Virus record (IMG/VR): IMGVR_UViG_2061766007_000036
Origin: an uncultured virus (IMG/VR IMGVR_UViG_2061766007_000036)
Lineage: Duplodnaviria; Heunggongvirae; Uroviricota; Caudoviricetes
Reading direction: 5' to 3' (one strand)
DNA length: 64,000 bases
The notes under the pieces are model-generated. The model did not search any database. It saw nothing but the letters and a program-made list of their open reading frames with translations, and was not told the origin of the DNA. Positions within the stretch are counted from its first letter, which is position 1, and each line of letters starts with the position of its first letter. This document shows, in pieces, positions 37,104-47,188 of this stretch. Both the position numbers and the translations under genes were made by a program.

Positions 37104-37115
37104 CATATTGTAAGC

Positions 37116-37745
37116 CTACTTAACAGGCAACAATCTGCATCGGCAGTTGGGGTGCGGTTTTGCCGGAACTTTGTCTATGGGATAGATTTTCCTGTCCATT
37201 GCAAGGCACTCCAAACAGGCTCGTTCGTCCGGGGTAGTGATCCACATTACCTTTTTAACTCCCTGTTCCTTGAAGTTGTCTATCATCGCCCTGTCAACAA
37301 CCTCAATGCCCATATTGCTTATCATCCTTGCCCAGTCACGCATGGAACGGTCTATAAAGTTACTTTTATCCGCTACGGATTCTGACGAAAGAACACCTTC
37401 AACGAACCTCGCCCTTTTTCTGTCCTGTTCATTTTGATAGATCACTTTCCAAACAGGGTCATAGTCCGTCAGAAACAGGTAGAGCCATTCGTCATCGCAC
37501 TCGCTCCAGTAATGCTTGGCAATTCGGAGCAATGTCTTGTTGCAATCCCGCCAAAGCCCATCGTACATCCGCTTTCCGTAATCAATGGTCTTTTTCGGAT
37601 TGTAGAAAGTGCTTCTTATACGCAGCTTGCAATTGGCAAAGGTTTCTATGATTCGCTTCTTCAACTGGTCTATCAGTTTGTCCGAATAGTCATACTGATA
37701 AATTATCTTATTTAATTCCTCAAACGGAAGGTCAGCGGTTCTCAT
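37116..37745 (-). CDS. Head morphogenesis protein (SPP1 gp7/Mu F-like)
   Basis: W.TTPDERACLEC..HPNCRC. Confidence 0.85.
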   Translation of the reverse strand: MRTADLPFEELNKIIYQYDYSDKLIDQLKKRIIETFANCKLRIRSTFYNPKKTIDYGKRMYDGLWRDCNKTLLRIAKHYWSECDDEWLYLFLTDYDPVWKVIYQNEQDRKRARFVEGVLSSESVADKSNFIDRSMRDWARMISNMGIEVVDRAMIDNFKEQGVKKVMWITTPDERACLECLAMDRKIYPIDKVPAKPHPNCRCRLLPVK

Positions 37746-39195
37746 AATAGCCACCCGCATCAGCACCGCCAAATCCGTTCTCCTCGGCTGCCGTTCCTAA
37801 CTGGGTCTGATCGGTAGTCTCCTGTGCTTCGTCAAAAGCAAGTTCTGCAAGGGTCTGCTTCTTTCGCTCTTCCCAGTACTCCATAGACATCGTATATGCA
37901 AGTTCAGCATCCGGGAACAGATTGCACGAAGCAAATGCCAGTTTCGGATGGATTTTCTCTGAAGAAAGCATCTCGCAAAGCACCTGTGCCTTGGACTGAA
38001 TGTTCTCATAATTCCGGCGAGTGAAGCGGATCTCAATGTCAGACACCTTGATGGGCATCTGTCCAAGCGTGTCACAAATGCGGAGAATCAGTTTCAGGAA
38101 TACCTTCTCCGACTGCTTGAACATCAGTTCGGTGTCCTTTGCCCTTGCTTCAGCGGACTGCCATCCGTTGCGAAGAATGACCGCACCGTTGTTACTGGAA
38201 TCGCTTTGCGTTCCCATAGCCTGTGACGGCACAGCGCAGATGGTCAGTATCGTTTCAAACAGATCGTCCACCAATGTCTGCGTGGATGTCTGATTCATCT
38301 CCTGGACAAGATACTTGACATCTCCGTCCGGGGGAATCTTTATACCGCCAAGCATCTTCAAAGCGGAAAAATCATCGGAGTCTATGTCAACTCCCTTGAA
38401 AACCAACAGGCTCTGCACAAACTGCTCTACGGCATCCAGCCGGTTGCTTTCAGCTTCGTTCAGGGCATCCAACAGAGACAGCACGATTTCAAAGCACCCA
38501 AGCCTTGAGTTGTTTGCCGGATACTCAATAATGGGAATCATGCCCAAACTGTGCGGTTCAGCACGGACAATGTTGCCGTCAATGATTTCGTAGTACATAC
38601 TGTCAGTATATGCGGAAAACACGTTTGTTCCATCCTGACGGACGATGTACTTGAACGCCACCTTCGGCTTCTCGCCAAGACCGCTGTGATAAACCACCCA
38701 AGTATATCTCGGATCAAGGGTATAAACCTCAAAAGGACTCTCGTCCTCTTCCAGTTCCACGCTGCTGTCAGGCATTGCCATGCGGTAGCCTGTTCCGGCA
38801 ATGTGCATCCAGTCTGCAAGTTCCTTGTCTCGCCCTGATTTGTCCTCGGCGAACATATAATCATTCAAAGTATTGATATACTCGGACACATTGTCCTCGC
38901 CGGAGCGGTTTACATACTGGATGGGTTCGCCAACAAGGTATCCTGTCTTGAAATCCACGATCATATTGGCCCTGTTGACCACGATCTTGTTCAGGATCTC
39001 TTCTCTGTATTCTTTCGTGCGATTCAGCACGGGCTGATTTCCCTTGTAATATTCATACAGGTAGTCTATCTCCCGTGCGTTGTCGCTGTGCTTATCAAAC
39101 GAATGCTCCAAAATGTCCAGAACATTACCGGCAGTTACCACATCGTAGTCCGTGTAGATCTTTTCTCTGCCGAAAGACACGATTCCGTCAGTCAA
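37732..39195 (-). CDS. Portal protein (SPP1 gp6-like)
   Basis: YYKGNQP..NKIVVN..GYLVGEPIQY; IPIIEY.NN; probable TTG start at 39195. Confidence 0.9.
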   Translation of the reverse strand: MTDGIVSFGREKIYTDYDVVTAGNVLDILEHSFDKHSDNAREIDYLYEYYKGNQPVLNRTKEYREEILNKIVVNRANMIVDFKTGYLVGEPIQYVNRSGEDNVSEYINTLNDYMFAEDKSGRDKELADWMHIAGTGYRMAMPDSSVELEEDESPFEVYTLDPRYTWVVYHSGLGEKPKVAFKYIVRQDGTNVFSAYTDSMYYEIIDGNIVRAEPHSLGMIPIIEYPANNSRLGCFEIVLSLLDALNEAESNRLDAVEQFVQSLLVFKGVDIDSDDFSALKMLGGIKIPPDGDVKYLVQEMNQTSTQTLVDDLFETILTICAVPSQAMGTQSDSSNNGAVILRNGWQSAEARAKDTELMFKQSEKVFLKLILRICDTLGQMPIKVSDIEIRFTRRNYENIQSKAQVLCEMLSSEKIHPKLAFASCNLFPDAELAYTMSMEYWEERKKQTLAELAFDEAQETTDQTQLGTAAEENGFGGADAGGYYENR

Positions 39196-39404
39196 GGTAT
39201 CACCACCTATGCTTTTTAGGGAGAGGGTTGTAAGGTAAAGGAGTATCGCTCTCCGGGTGGGCGGGCCGGAAAGGAAAACCTTACAACCCACCTTGTTATT
39301 ACCATAAAAGAAACGCTCTGTCAACACCGATTTTGCCGTTTTTTGCAACTTTTTCAAAAACTGTCCGTTTTATGGTACAGAAACTGTCCAATAAATGGGA
39401 CAGA

Positions 39405-41060
39405 TTATACAATTCTTTTAAAAACGCTCGGTTTGCGGGATGGAGATACCACCATATCTATTGCCATAGCAAGCGAATCCGGGGCATCGTCATGCTTGTT
39501 TTTGCCTACCATTTTGAATGAGAACACATTCTGCATGAACAAATCGTATGGTTTGCTCCGCTTACCGCTCTCTCTGAAAACCATCATCTCCCTGATGTCA
39601 GGAGCTTTGTCAAAAATTCTCTGATTCTTGGACACGCTGTTTGGCGCAGCTTTGGTTTCCATGTTAATGCGGATGCTTTTTTCCTTCAAAATCTGCTCTA
39701 TGCCCTCTTTATAGGCTTCCGTAGACTTGTTCGCCTCAACTCTAACCGACTTAATGCCGTATTCCTGGATGGCTTTGGCAAGCAGAGGCTGTGTGATCTT
39801 CTTATCATTGTTATCGTAGACCACATCGTGAACGTAGATGTCCATTCCATACTGGTAGCAGATGGGCGCAGCCACGAAGTCACCGCCACCAAACGCAGGG
39901 TCAACCGCCATAAACACCCTGTCCGGCTCACCTTCGGGAAGAGTTCCGTTGTAGTAGCGGAATCCTTCCGGCAGAAACAAAGCACCTTCACGCTCTATTG
40001 GTTGCCCCATATACTGTGCCGTCCACGATGCCATATCGTTGTTCCGCTCAAAGGATGCCCTTCTCTGTTTGTAGTAATCGGCAGAAAATCCAACTCCGTA
40101 TAAATATTCAAAGTTAGATTCATCGTTTTCATTCAGAGCCGGAATGTTGATTATCTGATACCGCCGTCCGGCAAACCGCTCGTCCGTTTCCAACAGAGAC
40201 ATACGGATTCCTGCGGGATCTATTACAGACCAGCGAGTACCGCACCACAGCAGTTTTGCTTTCTCTTTGGCACGGGGGATGAGGTTATTGTCCACCTTTG
40301 CCCACGATGCAATCAAACGGTCTTGATTAAGAGCTTCCTCAATACCGCCAATGAGGTCATCGGAGATTAGGATGCCGTTGCAGTCGCAAGCACCGTTCAA
40401 AGTGCCGTACAATGACCGACAGGTAAGGGATGGATACCTCTTTTTCCGATCAATGTTCAGCGTTTCCTCTGCACTGTTGGTTGATGCCACCTTGCAGGAA
40501 GGAAATATTTCCCGCCAAGTGTAGGTGACGGGATCGTTGATAACCTCTAATACGCCGTTGTAGAACGCTTTGGTAATAATGTCGGAGAAAGCGGAGTACA
40601 GATTACTGCTTTCAGAGTTCCGGCCTATGACCCAGGTAGCGTAAAACAGCAGTACAGTAGACTTTCCAACCCTTGGTGGCATAGACAGAAACAGTTCGTC
40701 CAGTTCATCGTCTGCAAGTTTCTGCATCGCATCAACCAAAACCTTCAGAGTCTTCCGTCTGGGTAGATAGAACCTGTCCTTTGCGGGTCTGTTAATTTCA
40801 AGATATTGCAGATAACTGTCAAAACAAAAAGGAGCATCGTACAACAATGCCCCTTTGTATATCGGAAACAGTCTCCCAGGATCTTTTGGTATCTCCCTTA
40901 CCAAGCCATCCAGCAGTTTCCGAATGTATTCTCTTGTCTCTTCTCCCCCGTACTGCTTACAAGCCGTGAGCAAGTCCTCACAGGCTTTCGCATCGGACGG
41001 ATCATCTTCTATCTCCCGCCATATGGCTTTCGCCACCTTCAGGAATATGTCCTTCTCCAT
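39405..41060 (-). CDS. terL: Terminase large subunit
   Basis: MPPRVGKS Walker A, ISDD, GTRW, VDPA, HDDAPDSL. Confidence 0.92.
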   Translation of the reverse strand: MEKDIFLKVAKAIWREIEDDPSDAKACEDLLTACKQYGGEETREYIRKLLDGLVREIPKDPGRLFPIYKGALLYDAPFCFDSYLQYLEINRPAKDRFYLPRRKTLKVLVDAMQKLADDELDELFLSMPPRVGKSTVLLFYATWVIGRNSESSNLYSAFSDIITKAFYNGVLEVINDPVTYTWREIFPSCKVASTNSAEETLNIDRKKRYPSLTCRSLYGTLNGACDCNGILISDDLIGGIEEALNQDRLIASWAKVDNNLIPRAKEKAKLLWCGTRWSVIDPAGIRMSLLETDERFAGRRYQIINIPALNENDESNFEYLYGVGFSADYYKQRRASFERNNDMASWTAQYMGQPIEREGALFLPEGFRYYNGTLPEGEPDRVFMAVDPAFGGGDFVAAPICYQYGMDIYVHDVVYDNNDKKITQPLLAKAIQEYGIKSVRVEANKSTEAYKEGIEQILKEKSIRINMETKAAPNSVSKNQRIFDKAPDIREMMVFRESGKRSKPYDLFMQNVFSFKMVGKNKHDDAPDSLAMAIDMVVSPSRKPSVFKRIV

Positions 41061-41629
41061 TAAGCAGCCCCCATCTGTTTCTTATATCTGTAATAACTTG
41101 CACGGCTGATTCCGTAAGTCTCGCACAGTTCGCTTATAGAAGCACCGCCTTTTTCTTCTTCAAAAATTTTTGAGAAATCCACTTTCAGTGTAGGCCGTCC
41201 TTCCCGGAAGTCCTCTCTCTGCCGTGCGATGGCTTTACCTTCCTGTGTGCGCTGAACAATCATATCACGCTCAAACTCGGCGAACGCAAGCATCATAGTA
41301 CGCATCAGCTTGCCTGTCGGAGTGTTGTCAAACATACCCATGTTCAGGATCCTGACAGAGCATCCCTTGTTCACGATACTGTCAATGATGTCAATGCCAT
41401 CCCTGGTGTTTCTTGCGATACGATCCAGTTTCGTCACGATGACCGTATCTCCGGCAGACAGAATGGACAGCATCTCGTCCAAAGCGGGGCGGTGCTTCTT
41501 CGTCCCAGTAAACGAATCATAGAAAACCTTGTCTGCTCCGGCTTCCGTCAGAGCGATCTGCTGTGCTTCCCTGGAATTGCCGTACCTGTCCTGTCCTTTC
41601 GTGCTAACCCTTGCATACCCGTATGTCAT
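41060..41629 (-). CDS. Small serine recombinase (resolvase/invertase type)
   Basis: YGYARVST, VTKLDRIAR, FAEFERDMI, GRP + C-terminal HTH; 189 aa. Confidence 0.92.
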   Translation of the reverse strand: MTYGYARVSTKGQDRYGNSREAQQIALTEAGADKVFYDSFTGTKKHRPALDEMLSILSAGDTVIVTKLDRIARNTRDGIDIIDSIVNKGCSVRILNMGMFDNTPTGKLMRTMMLAFAEFERDMIVQRTQEGKAIARQREDFREGRPTLKVDFSKIFEEEKGGASISELCETYGISRASYYRYKKQMGAA

Positions 41630-41894
41630 CGCCCTTATCTCCTTTCAGAATATCATTCTCCCCGGTATAGGTAAAACCATCAGGATTGACGAAACACCAT
41701 TCGGGAACGATTACCACCTTGTACCCCAGTACCTTGCACATCTCCCCAAGTTTCTCCAGGGTCAGATCCCGTGTGTCCGTACCGCCTATCCTTCGCCACG
41801 CAGCCTGTCTGGAAACGCCCAGTTCCCGACCCATCTGCGATACCCCTACGCCTAGACGATCCATTATCGCCCTCACTATCTCCTTGCCCGTCAT
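41604..41894 (-). CDS. HTH regulator
   Basis: VSQMGRELGVSRQAAWRRI..LGYKVVIVP. Confidence 0.75.
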   Translation of the reverse strand: MTGKEIVRAIMDRLGVGVSQMGRELGVSRQAAWRRIGGTDTRDLTLEKLGEMCKVLGYKVVIVPEWCFVNPDGFTYTGENDILKGDKGDDIRVCKG

Positions 41895-41920
41895 CGCTAT
41901 CCCCCTTCCAATCTATACCC

Positions 41921-41961
41921 ATTCTACCACCAACAAATAAGGCTTGTCAACTATTTCGTTT
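41921..41961 (-). promoter_or_regulatory. Promoter for HTH-resolvase-terL with an overlapping 13-bp box
   Basis: TTGACA-N18-TAGAAT; box aaacgaaatagtt (minus strand, 41949-41961). Confidence 0.6.
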
Positions 41962-42747
41962 GCCACTTGTTACAACTTTTTGGTTGTGTCTCTTTATGCC
42001 TACCAGCCTACCATGTGAGTAGGCGAATTGAAACAGTCAAAAAGTTAGCAAGCTAACTAATTGCGTACACCCGGAATATATAATATATAAGCTATGTATG
42101 TTATGTATGTATTATTGAATTTTGTGAACATTGTGAACATGGGAACACGCCCTATATCCTGGCTGTCCGTATGCCAACCTTTGTAAGCAGACAGGATAGG
42201 ATGATGGGAGATCCTACTGCTATGCGCTGAACACGGATGCTTCTGACATCCAACCCTGTAGGCTGTCAAAGTCGGTATCCCCTATGTTTTGTAAGACGGG
42301 AGAGCCGCACCCAACAAAGGGGCTTTTTGTCTGAAGTGTGGACGAGGGGGTCACCCCGACCTAATCCAATAGATTATATATCCCCATGGGTGTGCGATGT
42401 GTGCTATACAAACAGCAGTCAAATCTTGTCTGTCGGATTAGATAGCAAACTGACAACAAAGGCCAACAGTAACAGATACCGCACACAATGACAGCACACC
42501 ACACCAAAAAAAGGCGGGGAAAGGCTGTCCGGCGGGGTGTACTGTATCAAAACTGTTAACTTATGAGACAAAGCCGAAAAGCCCGGTTAATTGTGCAATT
42601 TGACGGTAAAGCGCATTCCAGGCGGGGCGGGATCTTCCGAAAATAAAGCCGGGGAAATTGGGCCGGGAAAAGCGGCTTTTTATAATGCTATATAGATATA
42701 TAATATANNNNNNNNNNAAAAGTTGTTACCGATCCGCATTGTTTTGC

Positions 42748-42775
42748 TTGACTTGTAAACGAAATAGTTTATAAT
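42748..42775 (+). promoter_or_regulatory. SigA promoter of the opposite-strand island
   Basis: TTGACT-N16-TATAAT with aaacgaaatagtt in the spacer. Confidence 0.7.
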
Positions 42776-42829
42776 AACAATTGAAAGCGGGCATTGAACG
42801 CCCGAAATAAATAAAAAAGGGGTATCACA

Positions 42830-43372
42830 ATGTATTACAAGTACACACTATCCGAAATTGCCGCCGAATTGGAAAACCGCCGTGATTATGCGGAAAAGGC
42901 TTTGCAAGCCTTGAAAGCTGTCACAATCAACAAGACGAAAAGCGGAAAAGAGTTTGACAATCTATCAAGGGCTTTGACTGGGGCTAAAAAAATTCAGGAA
43001 TACGGTTTTGACCGTATAGCGGTTTATTTTAGCACAAGGCGAAAAATGTATGAATATTATACAATTGATATCTACGGCTATTTAGACGAATTGCCGGACA
43101 CGGATCCCCGAAAGGCCGATTATACAAGACAGGTTATCCGACAAAAGTACATTTTCACGGCTGACGAAATTCGGGACAGGATTAGAAAAGAAATTGACAT
43201 TTTGACGGCACGGGTTGCGGATTATGACAGACAGATTAAAAAGGCGACAGCAGCGGCCAAAAAATACCGGGCAGCCATTGAACAAGCGGAAAAGGATCTT
43301 TCCGAAAGTCTGGACAATCCCGGCATGATAGGCCACACAAGCGCATACTATCTAATCACGGAAACACGCTAA
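42830..43372 (+). CDS. Hypothetical island protein
   Basis: aagggg RBS; 180 aa. Confidence 0.75.
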   Translation: MYYKYTLSEIAAELENRRDYAEKALQALKAVTINKTKSGKEFDNLSRALTGAKKIQEYGFDRIAVYFSTRRKMYEYYTIDIYGYLDELPDTDPRKADYTRQVIRQKYIFTADEIRDRIRKEIDILTARVADYDRQIKKATAAAKKYRAAIEQAEKDLSESLDNPGMIGHTSAYYLITETR

Positions 43373-43387
43373 AAGGGGGATTATAAA

Positions 43388-43720
43388 ATGCTAAACTATA
43401 AAATTTTTGAGTTGCCCGCAACAACGCAAAAAAGCTATTACGGGAAAGCTGTTATTTTCCACAACAACAAAAGCGGTAAAATCTACTTGAAAAGTTATGA
43501 TACATTCGTATGTAGTATTGACAAAAAAGGAAATTTCCGGCGGCATTGGGGCGGTTATAGCGTTACCACAATGAACCATATAAAAGACTTTTGCAAGCTG
43601 TACGGGATCCCGGCGGGAAATAAAAAATGGTGGTGTTCCTTGCCCGTCAAAGCGGCGAAAGAATTTAACCAACCAACCGAATATTATTATCATTATGATA
43701 CAGGCGCATGGGGGGCGTGA
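43388..43720 (+). CDS. Conserved hypothetical island protein
   Basis: KSYYGKA..LKSYDT.V..YSVTTMNHIKDF. Confidence 0.75.
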   Translation: MLNYKIFELPATTQKSYYGKAVIFHNNKSGKIYLKSYDTFVCSIDKKGNFRRHWGGYSVTTMNHIKDFCKLYGIPAGNKKWWCSLPVKAAKEFNQPTEYYYHYDTGAWGA

Positions 43721-43899
43721 AAATGTATATAACAATTTACAGGATACCTAACGGATACAGAGTAAAAGACGATAACGGGCATTTTATGCGCTATTATGAT
43801 TATAGCAAGCGGGAAAGCCTTGCACGGTTTAAAGCCTTGCACGGCTACAAAGGAAAACACGGAATAACAATAATTGATTTAACTTGAAAGGGGCAGCAA

Positions 43900-44103
43900 A
43901 TGAAAATCAGAGAACTAATCAACAATATGTCAAACAATCTCCCCGTGAAAATTATTAATACTTGGACATTTGAAACAATCTTTGACGGATCTATTATCGG
44001 ACTGAAAGCAATCAAAGAACATTGCCGCCGGAATTTTGCGGACTATGAGTGGAACGATTATAAAAAGCAGCTTGTAATCTATGTAAAAGAAACTGAGGTG
44101 TAA
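43900..44103 (+). CDS. Hypothetical island protein
   Basis: aagggg RBS. Confidence 0.6.
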   Translation: MKIRELINNMSNNLPVKIINTWTFETIFDGSIIGLKAIKEHCRRNFADYEWNDYKKQLVIYVKETEV

Positions 44104-44107
44104 AAAA

Positions 44108-44305
44108 ATGGAAAAAATGACTTATTATCAGATAGAAAAAATACTGTCCGTAAAGGCTTTGCGCATTTATGTTTATACAGATCCCGTTACTATTTACAGA
44201 TATAAAGACGGGCGAAAAATTCTATACGCCGTCCGGGGCTGTATTGACATTGACGGGTTGACAAAAAAAGATCTCAACAGCTTACTTTTGGAATTGGGAA
44301 AATGA
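44108..44305 (+). CDS. Hypothetical island protein
   Basis: gaggtg RBS. Confidence 0.6.
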   Translation: MEKMTYYQIEKILSVKALRIYVYTDPVTIYRYKDGRKILYAVRGCIDIDGLTKKDLNSLLLELGK

Positions 44306-44306
44306 T

Positions 44307-44990
44307 ATGCTTATACCGAAAGTTTATAACGATATATTATCACATTCGACACACCTATTAATAGCGGGCGCAACGGGATCCGGGAAAAGTGTTACTTTAC
44401 ACGGAATTATAACGGGGCTGCTATTGCAACAGCCCCGGCCGCTATTGGCTTTTATAGATTTAAAAAAGGTTGAAATGATAGAATACAAAAGGCTTTATAA
44501 CCTGTTTGCATATGCTGATACCGCCCCGGCTGCTATTTCTTTATTGTCCGGGATCCGTTCGGAAATGCTTTCAAGATATAGCACAATGACGAAAAAAGGC
44601 TTTAAAAAATGGCCCGGACAACCGCTATATATTATAATTGACGAATACGCCGAATTACTGATAGACAGCCGGAAAAAGTGTATCCCGCTTATACAGTCTA
44701 TCGCCCAACTAGGGCGGGCGGCGGGCATTCATTTAATAATGGCGACACAATGCCCACTAGCAAAGATAATCCCAACAGAAATAAAACTAAACTTTGACGG
44801 GCTGCTAGCATTGCGGACACGATCAAAGCAAGATAGCCGCAATATTATAGGTGTTTCCGGGGCTGAATGTTTGCCCCGCTACGGATACGGGCTTTTTCTC
44901 TGTCCCGATTTGTTAAACCCGCTAAAAGTAAAATTACCCATGATAGACGATAGCAACCGTGAAAAGCTGATAAAAGAATTAAGTATATAA
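44307..44990 (+). CDS. Minimal FtsK/SpoIIIE-family ATPase
   Basis: HLLIAGATGSGKS, IDLKKVE, IIIDEYAEL, GRAAGIHLIMATQ, GAECL..G.GL. Confidence 0.9.
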   Translation: MLIPKVYNDILSHSTHLLIAGATGSGKSVTLHGIITGLLLQQPRPLLAFIDLKKVEMIEYKRLYNLFAYADTAPAAISLLSGIRSEMLSRYSTMTKKGFKKWPGQPLYIIIDEYAELLIDSRKKCIPLIQSIAQLGRAAGIHLIMATQCPLAKIIPTEIKLNFDGLLALRTRSKQDSRNIIGVSGAECLPRYGYGLFLCPDLLNPLKVKLPMIDDSNREKLIKELSI

Positions 44991-44993
44991 AGC

Positions 44994-45027
44994 AATCCCG
45001 CCGGAATAAGCCCCGGCGGGATTTTTT
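44994..45027 (+). terminator. Intrinsic terminator
   Basis: aatcccgccgg-loop-ccggcgggatt followed by tttt. Confidence 0.8.
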
Positions 45028-45356
45028 CCTTTTGATATGCATATTAGGAAAGCCAAAAACCGCCCGCAAGCAACGGACAAGCCNNNNNNNNNNNNNNNNN
45101 NNNNNNNNNNNNNNNNNNNNNNNNNNNNNNNNNNATATACTATACTATTATATTAGTTTGTCTAATCTATTATATTAGATTATCTAATCCGAAATACAAG
45201 GTGAGCCGACCCTCGGCCTGGTTGTAACTTTTTGTAACCATCGTTTTTTGTCGCCCAGGCTCCGTTCTGCGGCTTTCTGCGATTTTTGGCGATTCCTATA
45301 TGTTTTGACTGTTGTTCTGCTTTGGATGCCATCAATCGTCAACTGTTTGGATGCCA

Positions 45357-46031
45357 TCAATCTTCAACTGTCGGAATGCTATTTAGGTATTCGGCAGCGA
45401 GTTCTTCCTCTGTCTTCTCAACTGTTGCCGTAGCGTTGATATTCAGATCCACGTTGTCCTTATAGCCTGTCTGTTTCAACAGGAAGATTCCGGCAACGGG
45501 ATTAATCTTGCTACTGACCATCAGGTCTTCCAGTTCTGCGGTGATGGAAGAAATAACGGCGTTGAGAAAGTCCACCACTTCAGGCGGTTTCTTGAGGATT
45601 CCGTTTCTTATCTGCCAAAGTTTCTGCACGGAAATGCCCAACGCTTCAGCAAACCCGGCAACAGTAAGCCGTTTTCCATACTTTCTGCATATTGTCAAAA
45701 ATTCAGTATACCGCCCCTGTACTTCTGTAAGATCATTCAAATTAACCCGTGGTAGGGTCATAATCTCATGGTGTCTGTCAATGTCCCTGGCAACCACTTC
45801 GTCATATGTCATATCAGGATCGTAAGATATATGCCCTTTCGCCTTTTGCATTGGTTGTTCTTTCTTTACTATCTTCTCGTCTTTCTTGACATATCGGCCC
45901 GGTGGATCTCCAGGCTGTTTTGGCGGTCTTCCCCGTTTCTTCTTTGGTGGTTCTTCCGAAATACCCCCCATACCATTTTCGGGGGAAGTGTCTTCTATAC
46001 CCGTGGTGGGGGACTTCTCTTCTTCGCTCAT
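45357..46031 (-). CDS. terS: Terminase small subunit (probable)
   Basis: LTVAGFAEALGIS HTH; INPVAGIFLLKQ.GYKD; AT-hook-like KKRGRPPK. Confidence 0.7.
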   Translation of the reverse strand: MSEEEKSPTTGIEDTSPENGMGGISEEPPKKKRGRPPKQPGDPPGRYVKKDEKIVKKEQPMQKAKGHISYDPDMTYDEVVARDIDRHHEIMTLPRVNLNDLTEVQGRYTEFLTICRKYGKRLTVAGFAEALGISVQKLWQIRNGILKKPPEVVDFLNAVISSITAELEDLMVSSKINPVAGIFLLKQTGYKDNVDLNINATATVEKTEEELAAEYLNSIPTVED

Positions 46032-46285
46032 GTAATCACTTCCTTTTCTGATACTTCCTGCAAGGGAACATGGCATATGCTGTTGGCTTTCAAATCGTGA
46101 ATAACAGCTATGTGCTTTACAGATCCGTCATCGTTGAATGACAGTTCGTAAGCCTGTGGATAATAGCATATGCCCTGATACTTGACTTGGAGTCTGTCCG
46201 GGACTCGTTGCCGGATTCCGTACAGACCCCTTGTCTTTATCATAGCACAGGCTTTGCACATATTGAGGTACTTATTTCTTTCCAT
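46028..46285 (-). CDS. Hypothetical protein
   Basis: Coupled ORF. Confidence 0.6.
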   Translation of the reverse strand: MERNKYLNMCKACAMIKTRGLYGIRQRVPDRLQVKYQGICYYPQAYELSFNDDGSVKHIAVIHDLKANSICHVPLQEVSEKEVIT

Positions 46286-46861
46286 TTTTCTTTCGTCTGC
46301 TATAGATTATCTTCTTCGTGGCATACTCCATCTGCTGTTCGTACTTTACATCTTCCAAAAAAGTGTGGAGTATATTTTTCCATTCAGAATACCTGTCGCA
46401 TTCCTGATGGCAAGTCTTGCTCCCGTCACGCCACCTCTCTGTACATTCTCTACAAGGGCAGACTGGTCTTCTCGGCATCTTTCCTCACCCCTTCAGAACA
46501 AAAGTCTTCCGGCTTTCTGCTTATCTGTATGCCAAATCTCTTGCAGACAGAGTTTGAGTAGTGCTTACAGTTTCTGCACCGTATTACAGATACGAAATCT
46601 TCTGCTTTGGTGATATTGCTTTTTACGCATTCCACAGTTCCTTCAAAGTGCGCCCATGATAGGGGAATGCCAATTATTTCTGCCCGCACTTCCGGGCTTT
46701 CCAAATCTTCTGTGACCTCTGCACGAAAGCAGTCTTTCGGGCAGGAAGGTGTCCAGTCAAGGCAATGGGTGTAATCGTGGTTCATTACATCCTCTCGCTT
46801 TCCCGGATGCAGTACCATACAAGACCAACAATGGCTATTGCTCCCAGTATACATACTACCG

Positions 46862-47188
46862 TCATCCGAATGTCTCCATTTCTATCAGGAACGCTACGTT
46901 GCAAGCTATGTGCCACAGCGTAGGCAATCCGCTCTCTTCGTCTGTCTGTCTGCCGTTGAGATAGGCAAGCCAATGTCGGTATAAGGCATCACGATACCGC
47001 TGCGGTTCAACCTGTCTCCAATTTTCCGGGTCTTTGTACTTGGCAGTACCATACTCTCTGACAGCCGTCACAGCTTCTACCAAGTGCGATGGGCAAAGCG
47101 TGGGCCGTGGCTTGCCAATATCACTTTTTGCATCTAATGAATATCTTGCACTTTCTGTGTACTCTTCTTTTGTTCTGCGATCTGTCAT
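46862..47188 (-). CDS. dATP/dGTP diphosphohydrolase-like domain protein (DUF5664-like)
   Basis: KSDIGKPRPTL..VREYGTAKY..ENW..Y.DAL.RH..DEESGLP.LWH.ACN..FL. Confidence 0.75.
   Translation of the reverse strand: MTDRRTKEEYTESARYSLDAKSDIGKPRPTLCPSHLVEAVTAVREYGTAKYKDPENWRQVEPQRYRDALYRHWLAYLNGRQTDEESGLPTLWHIACNVAFLIEMETFG

Noticed and set aside
41060..41629. Serine integrase for lysogeny
   Set aside because: At 189 aa it lacks the recombinase and zinc-ribbon domains of large serine integrases.
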